Assembly: GCF_015169395.1 (NCBI RefSeq)
Contig: NZ_CP063458.1
Span: 6,901,954-6,965,953, forward strand
Direction of reading: 5' to 3'
Length of the DNA: 64,000 nucleotides
Source of the DNA: Humisphaera borealis
GTDB lineage: Bacteria; Planctomycetota; Phycisphaerae; Tepidisphaerales; Tepidisphaeraceae
Numbering within the stretch: the stretch's first letter is position 1; each line of letters begins with the position of its first letter. The notes under the pieces were generated by a model. That model was given only the letters and a program-made list of their open reading frames with translations, had not been told where the DNA came from and ran no database searches. Below are positions 9,399 to 17,593 of this stretch, piece by piece. The translations under genes and the position numbers were made by a program.

Positions 9399-10244
9399 TT
9401 AAGCAAAGACGCTGCGGTACACGTCAATCGTATGTTTTGCCGCCGCGTCGGCGTCGGGGTACGAGAACGCCTCGGCGGAGATGTAGCCGGTATATCCGAT
9501 CTGCCGCAACGCCTCGGCGATCGGTGCGAAGTTCGTGTGACCGAGGCCCGCCGGCCGGCGGTTACTGTCGGCCAGGTGGACGTGGCCGATGTGGTGTCCG
9601 CCGGCGCGGATGGCGCGGGCTATGTCGGCCTCCTCAATGTTCATGTGAAACAGGTCGGCGAGCAGCGTCAGGTTGGCACCGGCCTCGGCCGAGATCTGCG
9701 ACACCTGCTGAATGAGCTTCACGCCACTGGCGACGTCGTTCACCAGATTGGTCTCGTAACGGTTGAGCGGTTCGTAGATCAGCTTGACGCCGTGCTGGGT
9801 TTTCGCGTGGCCTGATAGTTCCGCGAGCGCCTCGGCGAGCCACGCCAGCGCCTGGTCTTTGTCGACGTCGCCGCCTCCCGCCTTTCCCCACGATCCCTGC
9901 ATCGATCCGATGATCGCCGGCGCGCCCATCGGTCCGCCGGCGTCGATGATGCCGCGGACGAACTGTATCGCCTTGGATCGTTCACCGGCGTCCGGCGAGG
10001 TCAGGCGGAGCTTGTGCTTCACCCAGCCCGCCCCGGTCCCGACGGCCGCGAGCTTGAGGTTGTGCTTCGCCAGCAAAGGCTGAACGACGGAAGGCGCAAT
10101 CAGCTCAGGCCCGGGCGCGAAGACCTCCACCGCGTCGAACCCCAACGCCGCGGCTTTGGCCATGCCAGCTTCCAAGTCATCCCAGAAGACAAATGGTCCG
10201 CCACGGGCTTCGGACACGAGAGAGATGGTGACGGCTGATTTCAT
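9399..10244 (-). CDS. sugar phosphate isomerase/epimerase (xylose isomerase-like TIM barrel)
   Basis: AP_endonuc_2-like motifs (GFDAVEVFAPG..., IYEPLNRYETNLVN..., GHVHLADSNR). Start at MKSAV. The upstream part of the track ORF is translation of a repeat element. Confidence 0.75.
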   Translation of the reverse strand: MKSAVTISLVSEARGGPFVFWDDLEAGMAKAAALGFDAVEVFAPGPELIAPSVVQPLLAKHNLKLAAVGTGAGWVKHKLRLTSPDAGERSKAIQFVRGIIDAGGPMGAPAIIGSMQGSWGKAGGGDVDKDQALAWLAEALAELSGHAKTQHGVKLIYEPLNRYETNLVNDVASGVKLIQQVSQISAEAGANLTLLADLFHMNIEEADIARAIRAGGHHIGHVHLADSNRRPAGLGHTNFAPIAEALRQIGYTGYISAEAFSYPDADAAAKHTIDVYRSVFA

Positions 10245-10272
10245 GGTTCGTTTAAATGCTTCGAGGTTCGAT

Positions 10273-10461
10273 CCCCTCTCCCCTGTACTCGGGGGAGAGG
10301 GCGAGGGTGAGGGGCCGAACGTCGGGCGGCGTTGCTCGCACTTCAACGTCGTTGAGGAACCCACGACGGAGTCGCAGGGCTCTCATCAAACCGCGCGAGG
10401 AACGGGCCCTCACGTTCGGCCCCTCACCCCATCCCTCTCCCCCGAGTACAGGGGAGAGGGG
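10273..10461. repeat. family A GC-rich palindromic element (two inverted ~50-bp copies, 89-bp loop)
   Basis: CCCCTCTCCCCTGTACTCGGGGGAGAGGGCGAGGGTGAGGGGCCGAACGT at ~10273-10322 and its near-perfect reverse complement at ~10412-10461. Each arm is itself palindromic (CCCTCTCCCC/GGGGAGAGGG). Confidence 0.8.
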
Positions 10462-10462
10462 G

Positions 10463-11479
10463 TTATACCTCCACCACTGCCTTGATCACGCCCGTCTCCG
10501 GCTTGGTGTACGACTCGAACACCTCTGTCATGTCTTCGAACTTCGTCCGGTGCGTCACCCACGGCGTGGTGTCGATCTTGCCGGTTTCAATCAGCCCGAT
10601 GATCCGCGTGAAATCCGCCGGCAGCGCGTTGCGGCTGCACAGCAGCGTCCCTTCCGGGCGGTGAAAGATGGGGTGAATAAACGTCACTTCCTTGGTCGTG
10701 ATACCGACGTACACCAGCCGGCCGGTGGGGGCGATGTAGCCGAACGCGTTGGACATCGACCCGTTGTGGCCCGTTGCGTCAATAACGACATCGGGCAGCG
10801 CGCCGTCGGTCACCCGCCGCAGGTCGTCGACGACTTTGTCATTCAGCACGATCGTTTCGTCGACGCCCATCTTCTCTTTGCAGAACGCGAGGCGCTGGGC
10901 GTTGACGTCGAGCACGATCACCTTGGCCCCGGTGAGCTTGGCGAACACGATGCTCGACAGGCCGATCGGACCGGCGCCGATGACCAGGCAGTTCTCGCCG
11001 GCCGTCAACGCCGAACGGTTGACGGCGTGGCAACCGATCGCGAGCGTCTCGACGAGCGCCAGTTGTTCGAACGAGAGCTTCGTGCTGACGTGCAGCTTTC
11101 GGGCCGGCAGGACGAAGCGGTCGCGCAGGCCGCCGTCGGTCATGACGCCGAGCACCTTCAGGTTGGCGCAGCAGTTGGTCGAGCCCTTCTTGCAGGCGTG
11201 GCAGGTGCCGCAGTTCATGTAGGGTTCGACGGCGCAGCGGTCGCCGGGCTTGACGTTTGTCACGCCGCTGCCGACGGCAACGACCTCCACGCCCAGTTCG
11301 TGACCGGGGATGCGTGGGTAGCTGAAGAACGGCATCTTGCCGAGATAGCCGGAGAGGTCGGTCCCGCAGATGCCGACGCGATGGACACGCACCACCGCCT
11401 CGCCCGGCCCGGGGGCGGCGGGTTCGTCGATGTCGATGCGTTCGAAATGGCCGGGGCTCTTAAGAAGGATTGCTTTCAT
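10463..11479 (-). CDS. zinc-dependent alcohol dehydrogenase (MDR family, threonine/sorbitol dehydrogenase-like)
   Basis: GHEXXGXXXXXGXXV-type motif (PGHELGVEVVAVGSGV), structural zinc Cys cluster (CGTCHACKKGSTNCC), Rossmann GAGPIGL. Confidence 0.85.
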   Translation of the reverse strand: MKAILLKSPGHFERIDIDEPAAPGPGEAVVRVHRVGICGTDLSGYLGKMPFFSYPRIPGHELGVEVVAVGSGVTNVKPGDRCAVEPYMNCGTCHACKKGSTNCCANLKVLGVMTDGGLRDRFVLPARKLHVSTKLSFEQLALVETLAIGCHAVNRSALTAGENCLVIGAGPIGLSSIVFAKLTGAKVIVLDVNAQRLAFCKEKMGVDETIVLNDKVVDDLRRVTDGALPDVVIDATGHNGSMSNAFGYIAPTGRLVYVGITTKEVTFIHPIFHRPEGTLLCSRNALPADFTRIIGLIETGKIDTTPWVTHRTKFEDMTEVFESYTKPETGVIKAVVEV

Positions 11480-11693
11480 GGTTGGCTCGCCGAATGTGAT
11501 ACCGGCACAGCGCAGGCGTGTCCATGTCGCCTTGGCGACAAACGGGCATTGGTATTTCCAGGAAACGACACTGGAACAGCCATGCTGCGTTCGAAAGGTT
11601 CTTTCTCAACGCGACTGACAGGCGGGAATGTCCGCCTCTACGAGCGCCCCGCCTTGCCCCCGCCGCCCGGTCTTTCTAATCTCCGTGGCTCGA

Positions 11694-12500
11694 ATGAGCT
11701 TTGCCTTGGGACTAGCGATCGGAGGACTCGGCGGCCTTGCCCTGACGGGCGTGGTCGCGGTGATCGCATATCGCCGCAACGCACGCCTGCAACAGCGTGC
11801 CTTCCGCGCCGAGCGCCTGGCCGAGCTTGGCGCGCTCACTGGTGGGCTGGCCCACGAGATCAAGAACCCCCTCTCGACCGTCCAGCTGAACCTCCAACTG
11901 CTTCGCGAGGACATCACACCACAGGATGTCGGCCCGCGTGCCCACGGCCGGCTGATCCACCGGCTGACGACCGTCCAGCGCGAAACCGGCCGCCTGCGCG
12001 ACATCCTCGACGACTTCATGCGATTCGCCGGGCGGATCGAGATCGAGAAGCGGCCGGTGGACGTCCACCAGATGTTCGACGACCTGGTCGATTTCTTTGC
12101 CCCGCAGGCGCAGTTGCAGAAGGTGCAGCTTCGCGTCCGCCCGCCCGCCGGCGACGGCGAGTCCCTTGTCGTTCCGCTGGACGACCGGCTGATCAAGCAG
12201 GCCATCCTGAACCTGATGATCAACGCTTTACAGGCCATGCCCGAGCAGGGCGGCGAGATCATCCTGTCGGCCGAGCGCGAGGGGAACAAGGTAAGACTGC
12301 AGGTCACTGACACCGGCGTGGGCATTCCGCCCGAAACCATCGGCCAGATCTTTGACGTCTACTACTCCACCAAGAAGGGCGGCACCGGGCTTGGTCTGGC
12401 GATCACCAAGCGCGTCGCCGAGGAACATGGCGGAAAGGTCTACGCCACCAGCGAGGTGGGCAAGGGGTCGGTGTTCACGATTGAAGTGCCGGCGCGATAG
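11694..12500 (+). CDS. sensor histidine kinase (HisKA + HATPase_c, one TM segment)
   Basis: H-box LAHEIKNPLSTVQ. N, G1, G2 boxes (LMINALQAM, DTGVGIPPE, GGTGLGLAI). Alternative ATG start at 11628. Confidence 0.8.
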   Translation: MSFALGLAIGGLGGLALTGVVAVIAYRRNARLQQRAFRAERLAELGALTGGLAHEIKNPLSTVQLNLQLLREDITPQDVGPRAHGRLIHRLTTVQRETGRLRDILDDFMRFAGRIEIEKRPVDVHQMFDDLVDFFAPQAQLQKVQLRVRPPAGDGESLVVPLDDRLIKQAILNLMINALQAMPEQGGEIILSAEREGNKVRLQVTDTGVGIPPETIGQIFDVYYSTKKGGTGLGLAITKRVAEEHGGKVYATSEVGKGSVFTIEVPAR

Positions 12501-12562
12501 ATCGAACAGATGACTTTGAGCGAGTTGCCGCATACAAAGTAACGCTTGGAGCTGCTTTGCCG

Positions 12563-12654
12563 GGTGCCATGGGCTGACGTACTCGTCTACCCGTGGCGGC
12601 ATGCCTGCCGCTACGCACTGCTACGGGAAGCGGAGTACCGCAGCCCATGGCACC
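12563..12654. repeat. family B palindromic element (GGTGCCATGGGCTG...CAGCCCATGGCACC), copy 1
   Basis: 92-bp imperfect hairpin between the histidine-kinase and response-regulator genes. Confidence 0.8.
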
Positions 12655-12709
12655 CAGAACGCAGGGCGCACAAAATGCTTCAGGCGTTCATCGTTACTCG
12701 TTAGCACCC

Positions 12710-14095
12710 ATGTCAGACACCGAGATCATTCCGTCCACCATCCTTATCGTCGATGACGAACAGGAACACGCCCAGGTCATGTGCGAAGCCCTGCAGCGCC
12801 AGGGCCATAAGTGTGACGTCGTCTTCAGCCTGCCCGAAGCGCGGCAGAAGCTCGATCGGCGGAAGTACGACTTGGTCGTCACCGACCTGATGATGGAAGG
12901 CCGCAAAGACGGCCTGGAGGTGCTCGCGGCGGCCAAAAAGCAGACACCGCCACCGCCTGTCATCCTCGTCACAGCCCACGGCGCGGTCCGCACTTATAAA
13001 GAGGCGATGCAGCTCGGGGCATTCGATTTCATCGAAAAGCCACTCGACCTGGAAGACTTCCGGGCCCAGGTCAATCGCGCCGCGCGGCAGGCGGCGCTAC
13101 TGAAGCAGAACCAGGTGCTTCAGGAGCAGCTTTCCGAAGTCTCCGGCGAGCGTGCCGGGTTTGACGCGATCATCGGCACCAGCCAGGCGATGCAGAGCGT
13201 CATTCGCACCGCCCGGCAGGTGGCACAGAGCGATATCCCGGTGCTAATCCTTGGCGAAAGCGGCACCGGCAAGGAACTGGTCGCCAGGGCAATCCACCAG
13301 GCATCCAAACGCCGTAAGAACCGGCTTGTCATCCTGAACTGCGCCGGCTTCGCCCCGACCATTCTCGAAGACGAGCTGTTCGGCCACGTCAAAGGCGCGT
13401 TCACCGATGCCCGCACCGACCGCGAAGGCCGCTTCGAACACGCCGATGGCGGCACACTGTTTCTCGACGAAATCGGCGACATGCCCGCCGACATGCAGGC
13501 GAAGCTGCTGCGGGCGCTCGAGTACGGCGAAGTCGTGCGGCTCGGTTCGAACGACCCGATCCAGGTCGATGTACGGATCGTCAGTGCGACAAACAAGAAC
13601 CTCCTGCAGATGACGCAGGAGAAGACCTTCCGCGAGGACCTGTATTACCGCCTGAACGGCATCAGCCTGATGATCCCGCCGTTGCGCGAACGGCGGGAGG
13701 ACATACCGCTGCTGATTCACTACTTCCTGCAGCAGGCCGCCGAGCGATCGGGCCGGGAAATCGACGGGCTCGAGCCAGACGCCCAGCAGTACCTGATGAG
13801 CTACGGTTGGCCTGGCAACGTGCGCGAGTTGCGGAAGGTGATCGAACGGATGGTGGTCCTGAGCAGCGGCAACAAGCTGACGGCCGACTCGCTTCCGCCG
13901 GAAATCAAACCCGCCACCCTTACAGAGCCGATCGGCGGCATGGGCAACCTGTTCGGCATCAGCTTGGAGCAGGCGGAAGTGGAGTTGATCCGCAACACGC
14001 TCAAGCACACCAACGGCAACCGCGAACAGACGGCGAAGATCCTGGGCATCGGGGAACGGACGTTGTACCGGAAGATCAAGGATTACAACCTGTGA
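12710..14095 (+). CDS. sigma-54-dependent response regulator (NtrC family: REC + AAA+ sigma54-interaction + Fis-type HTH)
   Basis: REC domain (ILIVDDE...DLVVTDLMM), Walker A GESGTGKE, GAFTDA ESGGTLFLDEIGDM, C-terminal HTH NREQTAKILGIGERTLYRKIK. Confidence 0.9.
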   Translation: MSDTEIIPSTILIVDDEQEHAQVMCEALQRQGHKCDVVFSLPEARQKLDRRKYDLVVTDLMMEGRKDGLEVLAAAKKQTPPPPVILVTAHGAVRTYKEAMQLGAFDFIEKPLDLEDFRAQVNRAARQAALLKQNQVLQEQLSEVSGERAGFDAIIGTSQAMQSVIRTARQVAQSDIPVLILGESGTGKELVARAIHQASKRRKNRLVILNCAGFAPTILEDELFGHVKGAFTDARTDREGRFEHADGGTLFLDEIGDMPADMQAKLLRALEYGEVVRLGSNDPIQVDVRIVSATNKNLLQMTQEKTFREDLYYRLNGISLMIPPLRERREDIPLLIHYFLQQAAERSGREIDGLEPDAQQYLMSYGWPGNVRELRKVIERMVVLSSGNKLTADSLPPEIKPATLTEPIGGMGNLFGISLEQAEVELIRNTLKHTNGNREQTAKILGIGERTLYRKIKDYNL

Positions 14096-14364
14096 TGGTA
14101 AGCATGATCCCACAGTCGTGCGTCTGTGACGCTGTCCGTGACACGGGTTTCCAACCCGTGCGAGCGACGTTCGGAGTAGAGACTCTCTTGATCCTCAATC
14201 TCTTTAATCTGAGTGCGGGGAGATCACCACGGAGGTACGGAGGCACGGGGAGATTCTCTGAGAACGATTTGAGGATGAGCGAAACCTGGCGTCGTGGACA
14301 TCGCTTGCACGGGTTGGAAACCCGTGTCACGGACAGCGTTACAGATCGCGTTGCGATGGTAAGC
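14094..14364. mobile_element. MITE-like element (family E) with 10-bp direct repeats GATGGTAAGC and ~46-bp imperfect inverted repeats
   Basis: Direct repeats at 14094-14103 (includes the TGA of the response-regulator gene) and 14355-14364. Inverted repeats ~14124-14170 and ~14298-14346 with core GTGACACGGGTTTCCAACCCGTGC. No ORF inside. Confidence 0.7.
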
Positions 14365-14378
14365 GGGGAGGACTGGCG

Positions 14379-14873
14379 ATGAGTCGTCACCCCCCCCGCA
14401 TCGGTCACGGCTACGACCTCCACCGTCTGCAAGCTGGTGGGCGATTGATGCTGGCGGGCATTGAAGTCGCCCGCGATCTTTCGCCTGTCGCCCATTCCGA
14501 CGGCGATGTCGTTCTGCACGCCGTTGTCGATGCCCTTTGCGGGGCGCTCGGGCTCGGCGACATCGGCGAGCACTTTGCCAACACTGACCCGCGGTGGAAG
14601 GACGCGCCCAGCCGGGTGTTTGTCGATGAGATCTGGGGCAAGGTCACGGCGGCCGGGTATCGGCTGGGGAATGCCGATGTCACGATCCTTGCAGAAAAAC
14701 CGAAGCTCAAGGCGTTCAAGCCCGCCATGCGGCAGGCGCTGGCCGAGATGCTGGGGGCGACGGTCGAGCAGATCAATGTGAAGGCGGGAACGAACGAGGG
14801 GTGCGACGCGATCGGGCGTGGGGAGGCGATCGCGGCGCATGCGGTTGTATTGCTTTTCGAAAGGGAGTCTTGA
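14379..14873 (+). CDS. ispF: 2-C-methyl-D-erythritol 2,4-cyclodiphosphate synthase
   Basis: IGHGYDLHRL...SDGDVVLHAVVDALCGA...GDIGEHF motifs diagnostic of IspF. GGGGAGG RBS. Confidence 0.9.
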   Translation: MSRHPPRIGHGYDLHRLQAGGRLMLAGIEVARDLSPVAHSDGDVVLHAVVDALCGALGLGDIGEHFANTDPRWKDAPSRVFVDEIWGKVTAAGYRLGNADVTILAEKPKLKAFKPAMRQALAEMLGATVEQINVKAGTNEGCDAIGRGEAIAAHAVVLLFERES

Positions 14874-15079
14874 TGGAACGTGCTCGCCAGCAACCCGAGG
14901 CAGTCCAAGCGACTACGACCGGGCGTCCGTTGTCATTGGAGGAATCGCGGCAAGTCGAAACCGTGCTGATACGTGAGGCGCTCGCGCGAACGGGTGGCGA
15001 CTTTCAGCAGATGTCGAGGCTGCTTGGAATCAGTCAGAAAGTGCTGCGAGCAAAGGTTTCCGAGTTGGGTCTGTCCTGA
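14873..15079 (+). CDS. Fis-family helix-turn-helix DNA-binding protein (68 aa)
   Basis: ATG overlaps ispF stop (TGATG). GGGAG RBS. C-terminal Fis-type HTH ARTGGDFQQMSRLLGISQKVLRAKVSELGL. Confidence 0.6.
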   Translation: MERARQQPEAVQATTTGRPLSLEESRQVETVLIREALARTGGDFQQMSRLLGISQKVLRAKVSELGLS

Positions 15080-15269
15080 CCTACCTAGAAAGGGTCGTTG
15101 CTGATGCTCTTTCTGAATTGATCGGAGAACCGATCAATGTCGCGGCGTACCTCGACCATGGGTTGAAAACCCATTCCACGAAAAACGCGGCCCGTTGCCC
15201 GCTCGCCGCCATCGCGTAGACTGACGGCTTCTAGTTCAGCCTTCCGCATTCATCCTTCATCCTTTCCCT

Positions 15270-16823
15270 ATGACTCTCCGCGTCTACAACACCCTCAGCC
15301 AGCAGAAGGAACTCTTCCAGACCGTCCGACCCGGGAAGGTGGGGATGTATCTGTGCGGGCCGACGGTTTACAAGTCGCCGCACGTCGGCCACATGGTCGG
15401 GCCGGTCATCTTTGACGCGATCAAGCGTTACCTGCAGTTCAAGGGGTACGAGGTGACGTGGGTCGTCAACATCACCGACGTCGACGACAAGCTGATCGAC
15501 GCTGCCGAGCGGCTGGGCACGACCGTCAAAGACCTCGCCGACAAGCACACGGCGGAATACTTCGAATGCCTCGCGGCGCTGGGGGTGAACTCGATCGACC
15601 ACTTCCCCCGGGCGACGGGGCACATCGTGGAGATCGTCGAGCTCTGCCAGACGCTCATCAACAAAGGATTCGCCTACGCCGCCGACGGCAATGTCTGGTT
15701 CGACGTCACCAAGGACGAGGACTACGGCAAGCTCTCGCACCAGACCGCCGAGGAACAGGAAGCCGGCGGCGAGGGAGCGACCGCGGGCAAGAAAAGCGGC
15801 CGCGACTTTGCCCTGTGGAAGGCGGCCAAGCCGGGCGAAATCTCCTGGGATTCGCCGTGGGGCAAAGGGCGGCCGGGCTGGCACATCGAGTGCTCGGCGA
15901 TGGCGATGAAGATCCTCGGGCCGACGTTCGACATGCACGGCGGCGGGATGGACCTCAAGTTCCCGCACCACGAGAACGAAGTGGCCCAGTCCGAAAGCGC
16001 GACCGGTCAGCCGTTTGCGAAGTACTGGCTGCACAACGGCCTGACGAAGTTCAACACCAAGAAGATCAGCGGCAGCGACATGTTCGGCAGCGAGGAAGCC
16101 GCCAAGGCGCTGGCGGCGGTATCGGCCAAGAAGCTCGTCGGCGAGCACGGCGCGCTGGTGCTGCGTTACCTGCTCCTCAGCAGTCATTACCGCCGACCGA
16201 TCGACTTCACCGAGACGGCGATCTCAGACACGAAGAAGGCGATGGCGACGTTCACCCGGCTGTTCGAGCGGATCGACCGGTTGGTGCCGAAGCCCGCCAC
16301 GCCGCCGGCCACGCCCGCGCCCGGCAGCCATGGCCACGGCGCATCCGCCGATGACATGGATCGTGTCTCGGCGAACCTGCTGGATGGCGAGCATGCCGCG
16401 TTCGCCAAGGCGGTGCTCGGGCTGAAGATGAAGTTCCTGGAGATGATGGACGACGACTTCAACACCGCCGGCGCGATCGCGGCACTTCACGAGATGGCGG
16501 GCGAGGTCAACGCGTTTCTGGAGCAGAACGAGGCCGAGAAGACCAAACCGGCCGACGTCCTGGCCGCTGCCGCCGCGGGCGTGCAGACGCTGCGTAATCT
16601 CGGCGGCGTGCTGGGGTTGTTCCAGGAACCCGCGGCTGGGGTCGCTGCCAAGGCCGCCGATGACGGGCTGACCGGGAAGCTGATGGAGCTGTTTATCCAG
16701 CTCCGCGCCAACGCCCGCCAGACCAAGAACTTCGCCCTCGCCGACGACATCCGTAAGGGACTGACTGCGATCGGCGTTACCTTGGAGGACGGGGCGGACG
16801 GCACGCGCTGGCGGAAGGACTAG
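15270..16823 (+). CDS. cysS: cysteinyl-tRNA synthetase
   Basis: Class I HIGH motif (CGPTVYKSPHVGHMVGP), CysRS zinc-binding region and C-terminal DALR-like domain. 517 aa. Confidence 0.9.
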   Translation: MTLRVYNTLSQQKELFQTVRPGKVGMYLCGPTVYKSPHVGHMVGPVIFDAIKRYLQFKGYEVTWVVNITDVDDKLIDAAERLGTTVKDLADKHTAEYFECLAALGVNSIDHFPRATGHIVEIVELCQTLINKGFAYAADGNVWFDVTKDEDYGKLSHQTAEEQEAGGEGATAGKKSGRDFALWKAAKPGEISWDSPWGKGRPGWHIECSAMAMKILGPTFDMHGGGMDLKFPHHENEVAQSESATGQPFAKYWLHNGLTKFNTKKISGSDMFGSEEAAKALAAVSAKKLVGEHGALVLRYLLLSSHYRRPIDFTETAISDTKKAMATFTRLFERIDRLVPKPATPPATPAPGSHGHGASADDMDRVSANLLDGEHAAFAKAVLGLKMKFLEMMDDDFNTAGAIAALHEMAGEVNAFLEQNEAEKTKPADVLAAAAAGVQTLRNLGGVLGLFQEPAAGVAAKAADDGLTGKLMELFIQLRANARQTKNFALADDIRKGLTAIGVTLEDGADGTRWRKD

Positions 16824-16834
16824 GCCGGAGCAAT

Positions 16835-16949
16835 GACGAATGGCGAAGATCGAATGGCGAATGAATCCCTAAGGACCAATAAACAAAGTCGGAAACGGCT
16901 TCGTCATTGGGATTCATTCGTCATTCGCATTTCGTGACTCGTCATTGCC
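16835..16949. repeat. family D palindromic element (CGAATGGCGAATGAAT core), copy 1, immediately after cysS
   Basis: GACGAATGGCGAAGATCGAATGGCGAATGAATCCC ... GGGATTCATTCGTCATTCGCATTTCGTGACTCGTCATTGCC. Confidence 0.75.
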
Positions 16950-17045
16950 TGAGTGGCACACTCGGTCCGCCGATAAGCCTGATGCGGACTTTCTTCATCC
17001 GCCGGCGTTTCCACGTGGTGCACATCACCGCCTCGCCGGGGTAGA

Positions 17046-17411
17046 ATGGCCGTCATGGCTGATGCAACGGAGGCGAATCTCGTGTCCAACCCCCTGAATT
17101 CCTGGCTGTCGCAAGGTGAGCAGTTGTACACCTCGGCGTTGAACGAGTTTCGCGCGCTCGAGGCCCAGCTCGACGACTTGGAGCAGAAGCTGGCCGCCAA
17201 GCAGCAGGAAGTGAACCAGATCGCCGGGATTATCGGCAAGCCAACGGTTGAGGGTTCCCGCCGCCTGTCGGCATCGCATTCGCCCGTCGCCGATATCATC
17301 GACGCCCCGCACCAGGAACGCCTGCCCGTGCCGTTGCCCCACCAGGCGACTCCCAGCAACAGCTCGAACGCGACGATCGCGCGGGCGCTGACGGGGAAGT
17401 TCGGCCGGTAA
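17046..17411 (+). CDS. hypothetical coiled-coil protein
   Basis: 121-aa ORF followed by a strong terminator. Heptad-like ALEAQLDDLEQKLAAKQQEVNQIAGI. Confidence 0.45.
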   Translation: MAVMADATEANLVSNPLNSWLSQGEQLYTSALNEFRALEAQLDDLEQKLAAKQQEVNQIAGIIGKPTVEGSRRLSASHSPVADIIDAPHQERLPVPLPHQATPSNSSNATIARALTGKFGR

Positions 17412-17441
17412 CCTCGCGGCGCGCCTTGTGAAGGATCATCA

Positions 17442-17541
17442 CGCCGGTGTCTGAGCGTACTCGCGAAGACCCGGATTCTTTCTGCGGATGACGCAAAGAA
17501 TCCGGGTCTTGGCGAATACCTCAGACACCGGCGTTTTTTTG
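17442..17541 (+). terminator. rho-independent terminator (long nested hairpin + T7 run)
   Basis: CGCCGGTGTCTGAG...CTCAGACACCGGCG outer stem with inner GACCCGGATTCTTT...AAAGAATCCGGGTC hairpin, followed by TTTTTTT. Confidence 0.75.
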
Positions 17542-17593
17542 TGTCGCGTCGTTCGTCAGGGGATGAATCGCGTGGTGCACTCCGAGTGCGTGT

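Noticed and set aside
7865-9427. 520-aa minus-strand ORF
   Set aside because: Antisense to der; shadow ORF.
10256-12310. 684-aa plus-strand ORF
   Set aside because: Runs antisense through the alcohol dehydrogenase gene and out of frame through the kinase region. Its N-terminal part is repeat-element translation (GPSPHPSPPSTGERG).
15080-15269. Small palindromes (ATTGATCGG-AGAA-CCGATCAAT and ATGGGTT-GAAA-ACCCAT) upstream of cysS
   Set aside because: Short stems that could arise by chance. No T-box or attenuator architecture expected in this lineage.
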